DNA from: a virus
Reading direction: 5' to 3' (one strand)
IMG/VR virus record: IMGVR_UViG_3300045988_117710
Length of the DNA: 64,000 bases
A model generated the notes under the pieces. It worked only from the letters and a program-made list of their open reading frames with translations. It was not told the origin of the DNA and searched no databases. Of the stretch, positions 8,631 to 17,255 are shown piece after piece. The translations under genes and the position numbers were made by a program. How positions within the stretch are numbered: the first letter of the stretch is position 1; every line of letters begins with the position of its first letter.

Positions 8631-8903
8631 ATGAATGATAGAGATTTAGAATTACTTGCTGAGATGAAATACAATTGTACAAAGCAAGAACATTATGTGG
8701 ATTCTAATGCTATGGATAAGTATATGCTATTGAGAAAGTTAGAGTTTATGGCAAATAGTTATATGCTTTATTTGGCAACTGAAATTGAGATAACTCAATC
8801 AAAGATTAACAGATGTACTGATGAGTCTGCTAAAGTCACTTTAATGAATCATCTAGATACTGTTAAGTCTATTAGAAGAAAATTAGAAGCAGGTGATATT
8901 TAG
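8631..8903 (+). CDS. hypothetical protein
   Basis: ORF track. Confidence 0.35.
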   Translation: MNDRDLELLAEMKYNCTKQEHYVDSNAMDKYMLLRKLEFMANSYMLYLATEIEITQSKINRCTDESAKVTLMNHLDTVKSIRRKLEAGDI

Positions 8904-9388
8904 TGTCTGATTTAACAGAAGTTGCTTTAGTTGATTATCTTAAGAGAAAGATTTCTGATTATGATAATACTATTCAAACACAACAATTAGATTCTTATCA
9001 TGTTTATCATAGAGGAATGTATGTAGCTTATAAGGAAATTCTTTCTATGTTAGATCCTAATGTTGGAGATTCACCTGTTAAGCTTGAGAAGTCTACAAGT
9101 GAACAATTGGTTGAGCAGTTTGATTCTTCTGATGTTCAAGATATTACTATTATGGGCGATATTGTTCATGGATTAGATTTTGAATATAAGAAGTTAGAGG
9201 AAGAGATTAGACTTTTATCTCAAGGCATTAGAAATACTTATGAAGCTGGTCAAGAGATTTTAGCTGAACAACAGGATACTTTACATAAGATTTCTGAAGC
9301 AATTCATGAAGGTAGAAGTATTCATTACATTTATGATATTATTAATAAGAAAGGTGAGATTGTAAGTGAGTTTGAAGAAAGGGATTAA
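8903..9388 (+). CDS. hypothetical protein
   Basis: ORF track. Confidence 0.4.
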   Translation: MSDLTEVALVDYLKRKISDYDNTIQTQQLDSYHVYHRGMYVAYKEILSMLDPNVGDSPVKLEKSTSEQLVEQFDSSDVQDITIMGDIVHGLDFEYKKLEEEIRLLSQGIRNTYEAGQEILAEQQDTLHKISEAIHEGRSIHYIYDIINKKGEIVSEFEERD

Positions 9389-9668
9389 GGGACGTCTTAA
9401 GTTACCATGTAAGGAAGGTACTGTTGATGTTATTAAAGCCAATGCTGATGCTTTTCTAGATGTTGTTGAAACTGAATTTACTTGTTGTGAGTATGATATT
9501 TATGAAGCAGAGTATAATAATGAAGATGTTGTTATAATTGATTATAATATTATGGCTCATACTGTTGCTACTTGTAAGAGTGAGTTATCACATTTCAAGA
9601 AGGAGATTAAGAGATTCTTCAGAGAAAAGCCAGAGAATATTATTAGTATGACTTATGATAAGATTTAA
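9366..9668 (+). CDS. hypothetical protein
   Basis: ORF track; followed by terminator hairpin and promoter motif. Confidence 0.4.
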   Translation: MSLKKGIKGRLKLPCKEGTVDVIKANADAFLDVVETEFTCCEYDIYEAEYNNEDVVIIDYNIMAHTVATCKSELSHFKKEIKRFFREKPENIISMTYDKI

Positions 9669-9704
9669 GAAAGAGAGTTTATAGCTCTCTTTCTTTCGTA
9701 TAAT
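9667..9704 (+). promoter_or_regulatory. terminator hairpin (11-bp stem) immediately followed by TCGTATAAT promoter motif
   Basis: AAGAAAGAGAG loop TTTATAG CTCTCTTTCTT (9667-9695), then TCGTATAAT 9696-9704. Confidence 0.5.
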
Positions 9705-9731
9705 ATTTTAAGGAAATGGTGGTGGATTTGT

Positions 9732-9986
9732 ATGGGAAGAACTTCTTTGTTAGATAAGGAAGCTGGTAGTTTCTTTAATCAGGTTGTTCGGGATGCATAC
9801 AAGGATTTATCTTCTGGTCGTACAGCATATGTATTTAGTTCTGAACAAGTTGACGCTATTTTAGAATTAGTAAAGAAATCTAAATGTTCTTTTACTCGAG
9901 ATGATATTAGTATTAGAGAAGATGATGGGTTTTATTACTTAACGAATACTAAAGGAAAGATGAAGGGTATTAAGAATGAAAAGTAG
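9732..9986 (+). CDS. hypothetical protein
   Basis: ORF track. Confidence 0.4.
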   Translation: MGRTSLLDKEAGSFFNQVVRDAYKDLSSGRTAYVFSSEQVDAILELVKKSKCSFTRDDISIREDDGFYYLTNTKGKMKGIKNEK

Positions 9987-10176
9987 TGAAGAAAGAATTA
10001 AAGATGTGTTGGATTATATCAATGATAAGATTACAAGAAGTTTTAAAGCTGATTATGGTTTGAGTGATGTTCGAAGTGATAGACTCTTTACAGAGACTGT
10101 TATTGAACTTCAAATCATTGCTGATATGTTAGGAGGAAATGAGAATGAGCAAGGAACTGATACAACTAATAAGTGA
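9976..10176 (+). CDS. hypothetical protein
   Basis: ORF track. Confidence 0.35.
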   Translation: MKSSEERIKDVLDYINDKITRSFKADYGLSDVRSDRLFTETVIELQIIADMLGGNENEQGTDTTNK

Positions 10177-10477
10177 TAATCCTGATTTACCTATCTTTGC
10201 ATGGGTTAACGGTGAGGTTTGTGAAGATGATAGCTGTTATTGGTTAGGTAAGTTTAATAGTGCAAGTATTCGTGAGTATGCAGAGCTTGGTTTCTCTTAT
10301 GGTTGGCATGAGACTAATTGGGTTTTCAAAGATGAGACTGAAGATTTAGAAGACTATTTACTTAATACTACAGAGTATTTAGAGCTTTCTGATTCAGAAG
10401 CTGATAAGAAGTTAGAGGATTTCTTAAATGGTTTAGAATATAAGAAAGCAATATTTGTCTTTGTAGATACTGTTTAG
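10139..10477 (+). CDS. hypothetical acidic protein
   Basis: ORF track. Confidence 0.4.
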   Translation: MRMSKELIQLISDNPDLPIFAWVNGEVCEDDSCYWLGKFNSASIREYAELGFSYGWHETNWVFKDETEDLEDYLLNTTEYLELSDSEADKKLEDFLNGLEYKKAIFVFVDTV

Positions 10478-10485
10478 GAGGATTT

Positions 10486-11469
10486 ATGAATGAGATTTAT
10501 GTAGGAGAGTATAGTGCTAAACAAAATTGTTTTAATATTACAACTCTTAAAGAAGCAACTAAGACTAATTTAGATGCTTTGAAGAATGGGAAACATTTAG
10601 ATTATGTTCCTATTTGTTATGGTACTCAGGATGAGGTATTAGATATGTTAAGGGATTTAGATTATCTTAAGAGAGATGAGTCTATTGAGATTGATGGAGA
10701 TGTGGTAGTTCCTAGATCTGTTAGTGTAGACTTTGATGGAGTTATTGCTACTTCAGATAATTATCCTGCAGTAGATGAAGATTCTATTGATATTAACTTT
10801 GTTGAGTATCTTAAGGATTGGCAAAATCAAGGTGGTGTTGTAATTCTTAATACTGCTCGTAGACGTAGTAATGGTACTGTTCAACCTGCTTTGAGAGCTC
10901 TTAAGAGAGTTTGTGATTTTACTCCTGATTATGTTAATCAGAATATTAGAGAGGGTATCAAGAAGTTTGGAGATTGTCGTAAGATAGTTGCTGATTATTT
11001 CATTGATGATAGAAATATTTCTAAAGAAGATTTTATTGAGATGATAGCAAAGGAAACAGGAATACATCATTTAACTATTTCTAATAGTGTTTGTTCTCAA
11101 TGTCCAGATCCTATTTCAAGTTCTTATACTTTTAAGAATTCAGATTCTTTATTAGGATTTTATGCTGATAATGTTTCTTTAGTTGAAGAAAATCAATTTA
11201 AGTATTATACTGATGATATTGCTGCAACACTTAAACAAAAGAATAAAGCATATGGAAATAGTTTCGATAGAGAGATGGATGAGTGGGGTTTACCAGCTCT
11301 ATGTATTAGACTTTCTGATAAGTATTCTCGATTAAAGAACTTAATTAAGAATCCAAATATTGACATGGGCGATGAATCGCTTTATGATACATTAAGGGAT
11401 CTTGCAGGTTATTCTATATTGGGAATGAATTATTTAGATCATCATGTTAAAGGAGATTCAAATGAGTAA
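10486..11469 (+). CDS. HAD-like phosphatase fused to MazG-like nucleoside triphosphate pyrophosphohydrolase
   Basis: N-terminal HAD motifs (VDFDGVIATSD, ILNTAR, YFIDD); C-terminal all-alpha NTP-PPase motif TLKQKNKAYGNSF...DLAGYSIL. Confidence 0.55.
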   Translation: MNEIYVGEYSAKQNCFNITTLKEATKTNLDALKNGKHLDYVPICYGTQDEVLDMLRDLDYLKRDESIEIDGDVVVPRSVSVDFDGVIATSDNYPAVDEDSIDINFVEYLKDWQNQGGVVILNTARRRSNGTVQPALRALKRVCDFTPDYVNQNIREGIKKFGDCRKIVADYFIDDRNISKEDFIEMIAKETGIHHLTISNSVCSQCPDPISSSYTFKNSDSLLGFYADNVSLVEENQFKYYTDDIAATLKQKNKAYGNSFDREMDEWGLPALCIRLSDKYSRLKNLIKNPNIDMGDESLYDTLRDLAGYSILGMNYLDHHVKGDSNE

Positions 11470-11956
11470 GATTAAGATTGAGTATCAATTAGTTGATGAG
11501 GATTCTAAAGCTCCTCAAATGTTTCATAGTGACGATATGTGTTTAGATTTATGTTCTAGAAAAGATATGTTGATTAAGCATAAGGAAGTTTCTTTAGTTC
11601 CATTAGGAATTAAGTTTAATTTTCCTAGAGGTGTTGAAGCAAAGATTTATTCTAGAAGTTCTACACCAATTAAGTTTGGTCTTACAGCATCTAATGGTTC
11701 TGGTTGCATAGATGCTGGTTACAAGGATGAAATTCATTTTGTGTGTAATTCTATCATTGATATGAAACAAGTGTACAAAGGTGATAGAATTGCTCAAATA
11801 GAGTTCTTTAGACATGTTCAGTTGTATGATATAGATAACAACATTGTTAATGCAATTGTTAAGATTCCAAATAATGATATTGAGTTTGTTGAGGTAGAAG
11901 AATTCACTAATTACGGCAATGACCGTGAGGGTGGATTTGGTTCTACAGGAAATTAG
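11462..11956 (+). CDS. dut: dUTP diphosphatase (dUTPase)
   Basis: Motifs GCIDAGYKDE (GxIDxDYRGE) and REGGFGSTGN (RGxxGFGSTG); RBS AAGGAGA 5 nt upstream of ATG 11462 (track ORF starts 11444). Confidence 0.85.
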   Translation: MSKIKIEYQLVDEDSKAPQMFHSDDMCLDLCSRKDMLIKHKEVSLVPLGIKFNFPRGVEAKIYSRSSTPIKFGLTASNGSGCIDAGYKDEIHFVCNSIIDMKQVYKGDRIAQIEFFRHVQLYDIDNNIVNAIVKIPNNDIEFVEVEEFTNYGNDREGGFGSTGN

Positions 11957-11960
11957 ATTT

Positions 11961-11971
11961 TCGTATATAAT
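11961..11971 (+). promoter_or_regulatory. promoter-like motif variant TCGTATATAAT
   Basis: Between dut and ORF 11996. Confidence 0.4.
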
Positions 11972-11995
11972 ATTAGTAAGGAAGAGGTGAGATAG

Positions 11996-12343
11996 ATGAG
12001 TTCAGCAAGAGATAGAAGAGAAGCAGTTTCTGAAGAAAGAAGAGCTCAAAGAAGAGAGTCTTTAGAAAATCTTTTAGATGAATATAAAGATATTTTCAAA
12101 GAGATTTCTGGTGTTATTGTTGCACACATTACTTCTGATGAGGATGAATCTGAAGAGTGTGGATGCAATGATTGTTGTGGTGAATGTTCATGTGGTTCTT
12201 ATAATCCTATTGAAGAAAGAGTTAATGAAAGAGCTTTAGATTCTATTCGTGAGATTGTTAACAGATGGTCAGAGGATCCAGATTATAATTCTGAAGATGC
12301 AATGGATCATGTTTGCAATGTTATCGAGAAGATGGGTAGGTAG
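11996..12343 (+). CDS. hypothetical Cys-rich protein
   Basis: ORF track; ECGCNDCCGECSCGS cluster. Confidence 0.4.
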   Translation: MSSARDRREAVSEERRAQRRESLENLLDEYKDIFKEISGVIVAHITSDEDESEECGCNDCCGECSCGSYNPIEERVNERALDSIREIVNRWSEDPDYNSEDAMDHVCNVIEKMGR

Positions 12344-12345
12344 TT

Positions 12346-12567
12346 ATGCAAGAACCTAGTATTCAAGATTTACTTAAACCTAATTTTACTTTTGGTACTT
12401 TCTTCAAGGTTGATGGTGAGCAAGATATTGTTATTGTTGATTCTGCTAATCGAATGGTTTCATTATCTGTAACTGAAGCTTATAATCTTTTGAAGTATTT
12501 ATCTCAAGTAATTAAGGTAGAAGAGGGTGAGAATAATGAACAAGGAAATACTACAAAACTTGATTAA
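12346..12567 (+). CDS. hypothetical protein
   Basis: ORF track. Confidence 0.35.
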   Translation: MQEPSIQDLLKPNFTFGTFFKVDGEQDIVIVDSANRMVSLSVTEAYNLLKYLSQVIKVEEGENNEQGNTTKLD

Positions 12568-13039
12568 GATTTATAAATTTAAAGGAGTTGACAAGTTCTA
12601 TGATATCGAACCGATATTTAGTTCTGGTCATATTAATACTTTAGCAGAATCTTTTATTGATTCTATTAAAGATTTAGATGTGGATTATATAATTTGTCCA
12701 GAGGCAAGAGGTTTCTTAATTGGATCTGTTGTTTCTAGTAAGTTAGGTATTCCTATGATTATGGTGAGAAAGGTTGGCAAACTTCCTTATGAGAATGAGG
12801 AAGATATAGTAACAGTTTCTTATACAACTGAGTATTCATCTGATACTCTACAGATGAAGAGAGTTGATTTGAATGGCAAGAATGTTTTATTTATTGATGA
12901 TGTTTTTGCTACTGGTGGTACGTTTGATGCTTGTCGTCAATTGGTTGATGACTGTGGTGGAATTTTAGTCGGAGGTATTTGTTTATTATTAGCTGATGGT
13001 TTTAACCGTCCTGATAATATGAGAATAGTTTTAGATTAA
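12527..13039 (+). CDS. apt: adenine phosphoribosyltransferase-like (type I PRTase)
   Basis: PRPP-binding motif VLFIDDVFATGGTFDA; 170 aa as for APRT. Confidence 0.7.
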   Translation: MRIMNKEILQNLIKIYKFKGVDKFYDIEPIFSSGHINTLAESFIDSIKDLDVDYIICPEARGFLIGSVVSSKLGIPMIMVRKVGKLPYENEEDIVTVSYTTEYSSDTLQMKRVDLNGKNVLFIDDVFATGGTFDACRQLVDDCGGILVGGICLLLADGFNRPDNMRIVLD

Positions 13040-13045
13040 AAGGAG

Positions 13046-13252
13046 ATGGTTTCATTGAAGATTATTGTTCAAAACGGTAATGTTGATGCAGCACTTAGAA
13101 AGTTAAAAGCTTCTTTAGGAAACTCTGGTACTATTCAAGCTCTTAAGGAGAAAGAATACTACATTAAACCTGGTGAGAAGAGAAGACTTAAGAAAGAGCA
13201 AGGCATCAAGAACTGGAGAAAACAACAAAGAAAAATGAATAACTATAGATAA
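13046..13252 (+). CDS. rpsU: ribosomal protein bS21 homolog
   Basis: KIIVQNGNVDAALRKLKASL and EKEYYIKPGEKRRLKKEQ align with bS21 ([20 protein letters not shown] and RREFYEKPTTERKRAK); possible true start TTG 13055 with RBS AAAGGAG upstream. Confidence 0.75.
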   Translation: MVSLKIIVQNGNVDAALRKLKASLGNSGTIQALKEKEYYIKPGEKRRLKKEQGIKNWRKQQRKMNNYR

Positions 13253-13379
13253 TTTTAGAGGGTGATAAGTAAGGAAACAGAGAAGTTTAGTATCAATATG
13301 TTTTTATAACTAATGTTATTTGAATGTACCGATCGGCTTTTTGGTTTCCTTCTTTTTCATTATTGGAGGTTGTTATAGA

Positions 13380-13562
13380 ATGAAAAAGTTACGTAGAAGT
13401 ACTAAAGATTATTGTTTTATGGGAGTATGTGGTGGTTTAGCTGAGTATTTCGATATTGATTCTAGTATCGTTCGTCTTATTTGGTTAGCTGCTGTGTTAT
13501 TTTTTGGCTCTGGTATTTTATTATACTTGATTATGTGTTTAGTATTACCGAAGGAGGTGTAA
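13380..13562 (+). CDS. PspC-domain membrane protein
   Basis: [38 protein letters not shown] matches the PspC domain ([20 protein letters not shown]...GGSGILLYI); RBS GGAGG upstream of ATG 13380. Confidence 0.7.
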   Translation: MKKLRRSTKDYCFMGVCGGLAEYFDIDSSIVRLIWLAAVLFFGSGILLYLIMCLVLPKEV

Positions 13563-13564
13563 TT

Positions 13565-15796
13565 ATGAAGATACAAAAGAGAAGTGGAAAGATAGTTGAT
13601 TTTGATGAAGTTAAAATTGGTATTGTTTTAGATAAAGCTTTTTCTGACTTTCCAGATATTGAAGCCAAAGATGTGAAGAAAGCCAAGAGTGCTATTATAT
13701 CAGTTATTCGTGAGGAAGCTGCTTTACATCAAGATGATGAACTTTTCTCTGTTGAAGATTGTCAAGATTTAATTCAATCTACCATGCGTAAGTTAGGTTA
13801 TCGTAAGGTTGCTAATAAGTTTAAAGAGGTTCGTGAAGAGAGAGCTTTCAATAGAGAACTTACTGTAGTTTTTGATGCATTGTCTAATAAGGATACTGAA
13901 GAGAAGACAGATAATGCTAATGTTAATGGATATACTCCATCTGGTAGACATCTTCATGTTTCTGAAGAAGTTATTAAGCTTCATTCTATGAGAGAAGTGT
14001 TTAGTAAGGATGTTGTGAAGGCCGTAAAGCGTGGAGATTTCTATATTCATGACAGAGGGTGGACTGGTACTGGTTCTTTAACTTGTTGTCAAATTGACTT
14101 AGAAAAGCTTCTTAAAGGTGGTTTTTCAACTGGTCATGGTTGGTTACGTGAACCATCTAATATTAAGACTGCAATGTTACAAGCTGCAATAGCAATTCAG
14201 TCTAATCAAAATGACCAACATGGTGGTCAATCTGTTTATAATTTTGATTTATATATGGCTCCTTATCTTATGAAGTCTTATAGAAAACATATTTTAGACC
14301 AATTATATTCTTTTGTTAGATATAGTGGTTATGATTTAGAGTTAGATGAAGAATATATTGAACAATATATTAAGGATCCAAATACTATTACTGATTTTAC
14401 TGTAGATGCTGGTGCTAAAGCTCTTTATGAGTGGACTCCAGAAACTAAGAAGAATTTATTTATGAATGTAGATCTTATGGATACTTATGTTAAGATTTGT
14501 ACTGAAGCTCATAGAAAGACTGTTGATGATACAAATCAAGCTGCAGAGTCTATTGTTCACAATTTAAACTCTATGGCATCTCGTGCTGGTAGTCAAGTTC
14601 CATTTAGTTCTATTAACTTTGGTTTAGGTTCTGATGAGGCAAGTAGACAAGTTTCTATTTCTTTACTTAAGGCACAAATGGATGGTTTAGGTAATCATGA
14701 GACACCTATATTCCCAATTCTTATTTATGAGTTAAAGAAAGGTATTAATTTTAATCCTGAAGATCCTAACTATGATATATTCAGATTAGCAATGGAATGT
14801 TCTAGTAAGAGATTATTCCCAACTTATGCTTTTATGGATGCTTCATTTAATTTACCTTTATTCAATCAAGATCCTGTAACATTTAAGAATATTGTTGCTT
14901 ATATGGGTTGTAGAACTCGTTTAGGAACTAATTGTAATGGTAAAGAGGGTTCTGGTTCTAGAGGTAATTTATCATTTAATACTATTAATTTACCTTTATT
15001 AGCATTAGATTCTAAAGGTAATATAGATAAGTTTTATAAGTTGTTACAAAACACTTTAGAGTTATGTGATAAAGCTCTTTTAGAAAGATTTGAATTACAA
15101 TGTCAATTCCAAAAGAGAAATTTCCCAAGTCTTATGGGACAAGGTATTTGGATGGATTCTGATGATTTAGATGATTTTGATGAAGTTCGTTCTGTCCTTA
15201 AGCATGGAAGTTTAGGTATTGGATTTGTTGGTTTAGCTGAATGTCTTAAGGTTCTTACAGGTAAACATCATGGTGAATCTAAAGAAGCTGATAAGTTAGG
15301 TTATGAGATTGTTAAGTATATGAAAGATTATACTGATAGACGTACTAAAGAGATGAAACTTAACTATGCTACTTTAGCAACTCCTGCTGAAACTTTATGT
15401 AAGACAGCATTAGAGCAAACAAGAAGAATCTATGGAGTTATTGAAGGTGTTACTGATAGAGCTTACTTCACTAATTCAATGCATGTTCCTGTTTATTATA
15501 ACATTCATGTAGATGAGAAGATGAAGATTGAAGGAAAGTATCACAAGTTATGTAATGGTGGTCATATTGCATATGTAGAAGTAGATGGAGATATTAGTCA
15601 AAATCTAGATGCTTTCGAAGAGATTCTACATATTATGTCTGATAATGATGTTGGATATGGTGCAATCAATATTCCAATTATAGAGTGTCCTATATGTCAT
15701 CATAGTTTTAGAGGTAGTTCAGATATACACATTTGTCCTAACTGTTCTTACGATGAATTAGTAGGAATAGATATAGATTGTGATTGTGGAAAGTAG
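13565..15796 (+). CDS. nrdD: anaerobic ribonucleoside-triphosphate reductase NrdD (class III), lacking the C-terminal glycyl-radical segment
   Basis: N-terminal ATP cone (MKIQKRSGKIVDFDEV); MGCRTRLG active-site region; C-terminal Zn ribbon CPICHH...CPNCS; no RxxGY motif before the stop at 15796. Confidence 0.85.
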   Translation: MKIQKRSGKIVDFDEVKIGIVLDKAFSDFPDIEAKDVKKAKSAIISVIREEAALHQDDELFSVEDCQDLIQSTMRKLGYRKVANKFKEVREERAFNRELTVVFDALSNKDTEEKTDNANVNGYTPSGRHLHVSEEVIKLHSMREVFSKDVVKAVKRGDFYIHDRGWTGTGSLTCCQIDLEKLLKGGFSTGHGWLREPSNIKTAMLQAAIAIQSNQNDQHGGQSVYNFDLYMAPYLMKSYRKHILDQLYSFVRYSGYDLELDEEYIEQYIKDPNTITDFTVDAGAKALYEWTPETKKNLFMNVDLMDTYVKICTEAHRKTVDDTNQAAESIVHNLNSMASRAGSQVPFSSINFGLGSDEASRQVSISLLKAQMDGLGNHETPIFPILIYELKKGINFNPEDPNYDIFRLAMECSSKRLFPTYAFMDASFNLPLFNQDPVTFKNIVAYMGCRTRLGTNCNGKEGSGSRGNLSFNTINLPLLALDSKGNIDKFYKLLQNTLELCDKALLERFELQCQFQKRNFPSLMGQGIWMDSDDLDDFDEVRSVLKHGSLGIGFVGLAECLKVLTGKHHGESKEADKLGYEIVKYMKDYTDRRTKEMKLNYATLATPAETLCKTALEQTRRIYGVIEGVTDRAYFTNSMHVPVYYNIHVDEKMKIEGKYHKLCNGGHIAYVEVDGDISQNLDAFEEILHIMSDNDVGYGAINIPIIECPICHHSFRGSSDIHICPNCSYDELVGIDIDCDCGK

Positions 15797-15812
15797 TTTA
15801 AGGAGATTTATT

Positions 15813-15968
15813 ATGAGTAACAAAACAGAAAACAAGAAACATATTAATCCTTTATTCAGAAGAATTCAAAGAATTACAGGTTATTTAACTAGTCCTGGTA
15901 GAGAGAATAAGGGTAAGAAAGCAGAGATTGCTGACAGAACTAAGCATACTTCTGTTAAAAATGATTAG
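15813..15968 (+). CDS. stand-alone glycyl-radical peptide (NrdD C-terminal segment as a separate ORF)
   Basis: RIQRITGYLTSPGRENKGKKAEIADRTKH aligns with the NrdD C-terminus RVCGYLGSPDARPFNAGKQEEVKRRVKH; own RBS AAGGAGA 7 nt upstream of ATG 15813; different frame from nrdD. Confidence 0.65.
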   Translation: MSNKTENKKHINPLFRRIQRITGYLTSPGRENKGKKAEIADRTKHTSVKND

Positions 15969-15974
15969 TTTTAG

Positions 15975-16003
15975 TTGACAATTTAGTTCTTTAGTGGTAA
16001 TAT
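15975..16003 (+). promoter_or_regulatory. consensus sigma70-type promoter (TTGACA, 17 nt, TAATAT)
   Basis: TTGACA 15975-15980, 17-nt spacer, TAATAT 15998-16003; lies in a 284-nt ORF-free gap. Confidence 0.55.
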
Positions 16004-16009
16004 AGTGAA

Positions 16010-16150
16010 CACTGTGTGGGATTGGGTTATAGAGTTTCATACAGTTTACAGATATGTATAGAGATATACATATACCACCTATGAGAATGACCAGTAGTAT
16101 TCAGCTGGTATCTATATTTGCAATTTCGAAAGAAATTGCTTTTATTTTGT
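16010..16150 (+). ncRNA. candidate small RNA (about 140 nt) between consensus promoter and intrinsic terminator
   Basis: No ORF; ends at hairpin GCAATTTC-GAAA-GAAATTGC followed by TTTTATTTT (16120-16150). Confidence 0.4.
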
Positions 16151-16178
16151 GAAATATGTTGATTTTTCTTTTGTCTTA

Positions 16179-16187
16179 TCGTATAAT
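16179..16187 (+). promoter_or_regulatory. phage promoter-like motif TCGTATAAT with TTGATT -35-like element
   Basis: TTGATT 16159-16164, 17-nt spacer ending TCG, TATAAT 16182-16187. Confidence 0.5.
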
Positions 16188-16252
16188 ATGTAGCAGAAAG
16201 GGATATACTATGAATATATGTTTAAACATATACTAATAGTTATAGGTGATTT

Positions 16253-16660
16253 ATGAGATGTGTTGATTTTAGTAAAGTACCTGATGGGTGCAAAGAAATT
16301 CTAGAGTCTATTGTTAATGATAGCGAGTCTGTTAGTCTAGGAAACAATATTCAGTTCTTATACTTCTCATTTGATGATTTCAAAATATTATATGAGAATG
16401 GTTTTCTGAATAAGAGTTCTAGACATAATTATTCACCAAGTGTAGAGGAGATTTACAATTATTTCTCTAACAGAGATAAAGATGTACATTTGGAAGGAAG
16501 ACTATATCTTGATGGTTCAGATTTTGGTGTTTCTTTAGATTTCGATACTATTCTAGTTTATGATCCTGATTATAGTGATATAAATTTCATAGTAAAGAAA
16601 CGTCCCGATGAATTTCACATCAATGAAGTAACAAAAATAATGAGAGGATGGTGGGATTAA
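16253..16660 (+). CDS. hypothetical protein
   Basis: ORF track; downstream of promoter motif at 16179. Confidence 0.4.
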   Translation: MRCVDFSKVPDGCKEILESIVNDSESVSLGNNIQFLYFSFDDFKILYENGFLNKSSRHNYSPSVEEIYNYFSNRDKDVHLEGRLYLDGSDFGVSLDFDTILVYDPDYSDINFIVKKRPDEFHINEVTKIMRGWWD

Positions 16661-16944
16661 TGAGTGAGTTTATATTGACTCAAGAGTTGATAGATGAGTA
16701 TCTTCCTAAGAAGGTAGTTTCTAGATATGAGTCTATTAGAAGATCTGGAGTATTTAACATGATTATGGATATGCATCAAGTCATAAGTATTTTATGGCCT
16801 AATGAAGATCCTAGAGATATGTACAAATATTATAGTGCATTACAACAAAGATATTCAGATTTATTATTGATGTATAATATAACTGATGACACTGTTTTAC
16901 CAGAATTTAAATATGAAGGTAAGATAGTTTACAGTTTTGAGTAG
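16648..16944 (+). CDS. hypothetical protein
   Basis: ORF track. Confidence 0.4.
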   Translation: MVGLMSEFILTQELIDEYLPKKVVSRYESIRRSGVFNMIMDMHQVISILWPNEDPRDMYKYYSALQQRYSDLLLMYNITDDTVLPEFKYEGKIVYSFE

Positions 16945-16960
16945 TATTTTATTGTAGCAA

Positions 16961-17176
16961 GTGGGGTGTTTGGTTATGAGTTCTGTAACTGTTTCTAAAG
17001 ATAAAGTTGATACAGTTTTGAGGGATGCTGTAATAAATGATAGAACATATAGAGAGATATTAGTACAACTTTTACAGTTATCAAGTTATCGTGTAGATTC
17101 TATGGAATACATTAAGCTTCTAGCTGTTTATTCTGATAAGCGTTTCTTACGAGAACTTAAGAAAATTATCAAGTAA
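16961..17176 (+). CDS. hypothetical protein
   Basis: ORF track. Confidence 0.35.
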   Translation: MGCLVMSSVTVSKDKVDTVLRDAVINDRTYREILVQLLQLSSYRVDSMEYIKLLAVYSDKRFLRELKKIIK

Positions 17177-17255
17177 TATGTATATTTATTAGGATGTTAT
17201 CAAATTATTATATTTGATGACTTTTTCCATAATGAAGCTACATTTAGGAGGGTTT

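Noticed and set aside
11996-12343. Possible NrdG-type radical-SAM activase (Cys-rich ORFs at 11996 and 22047)
   Set aside because: Neither has the CxxxCxxC radical-SAM motif. Their Cys clusters are CxCxxCC-type. No NrdG candidate was found in this window.
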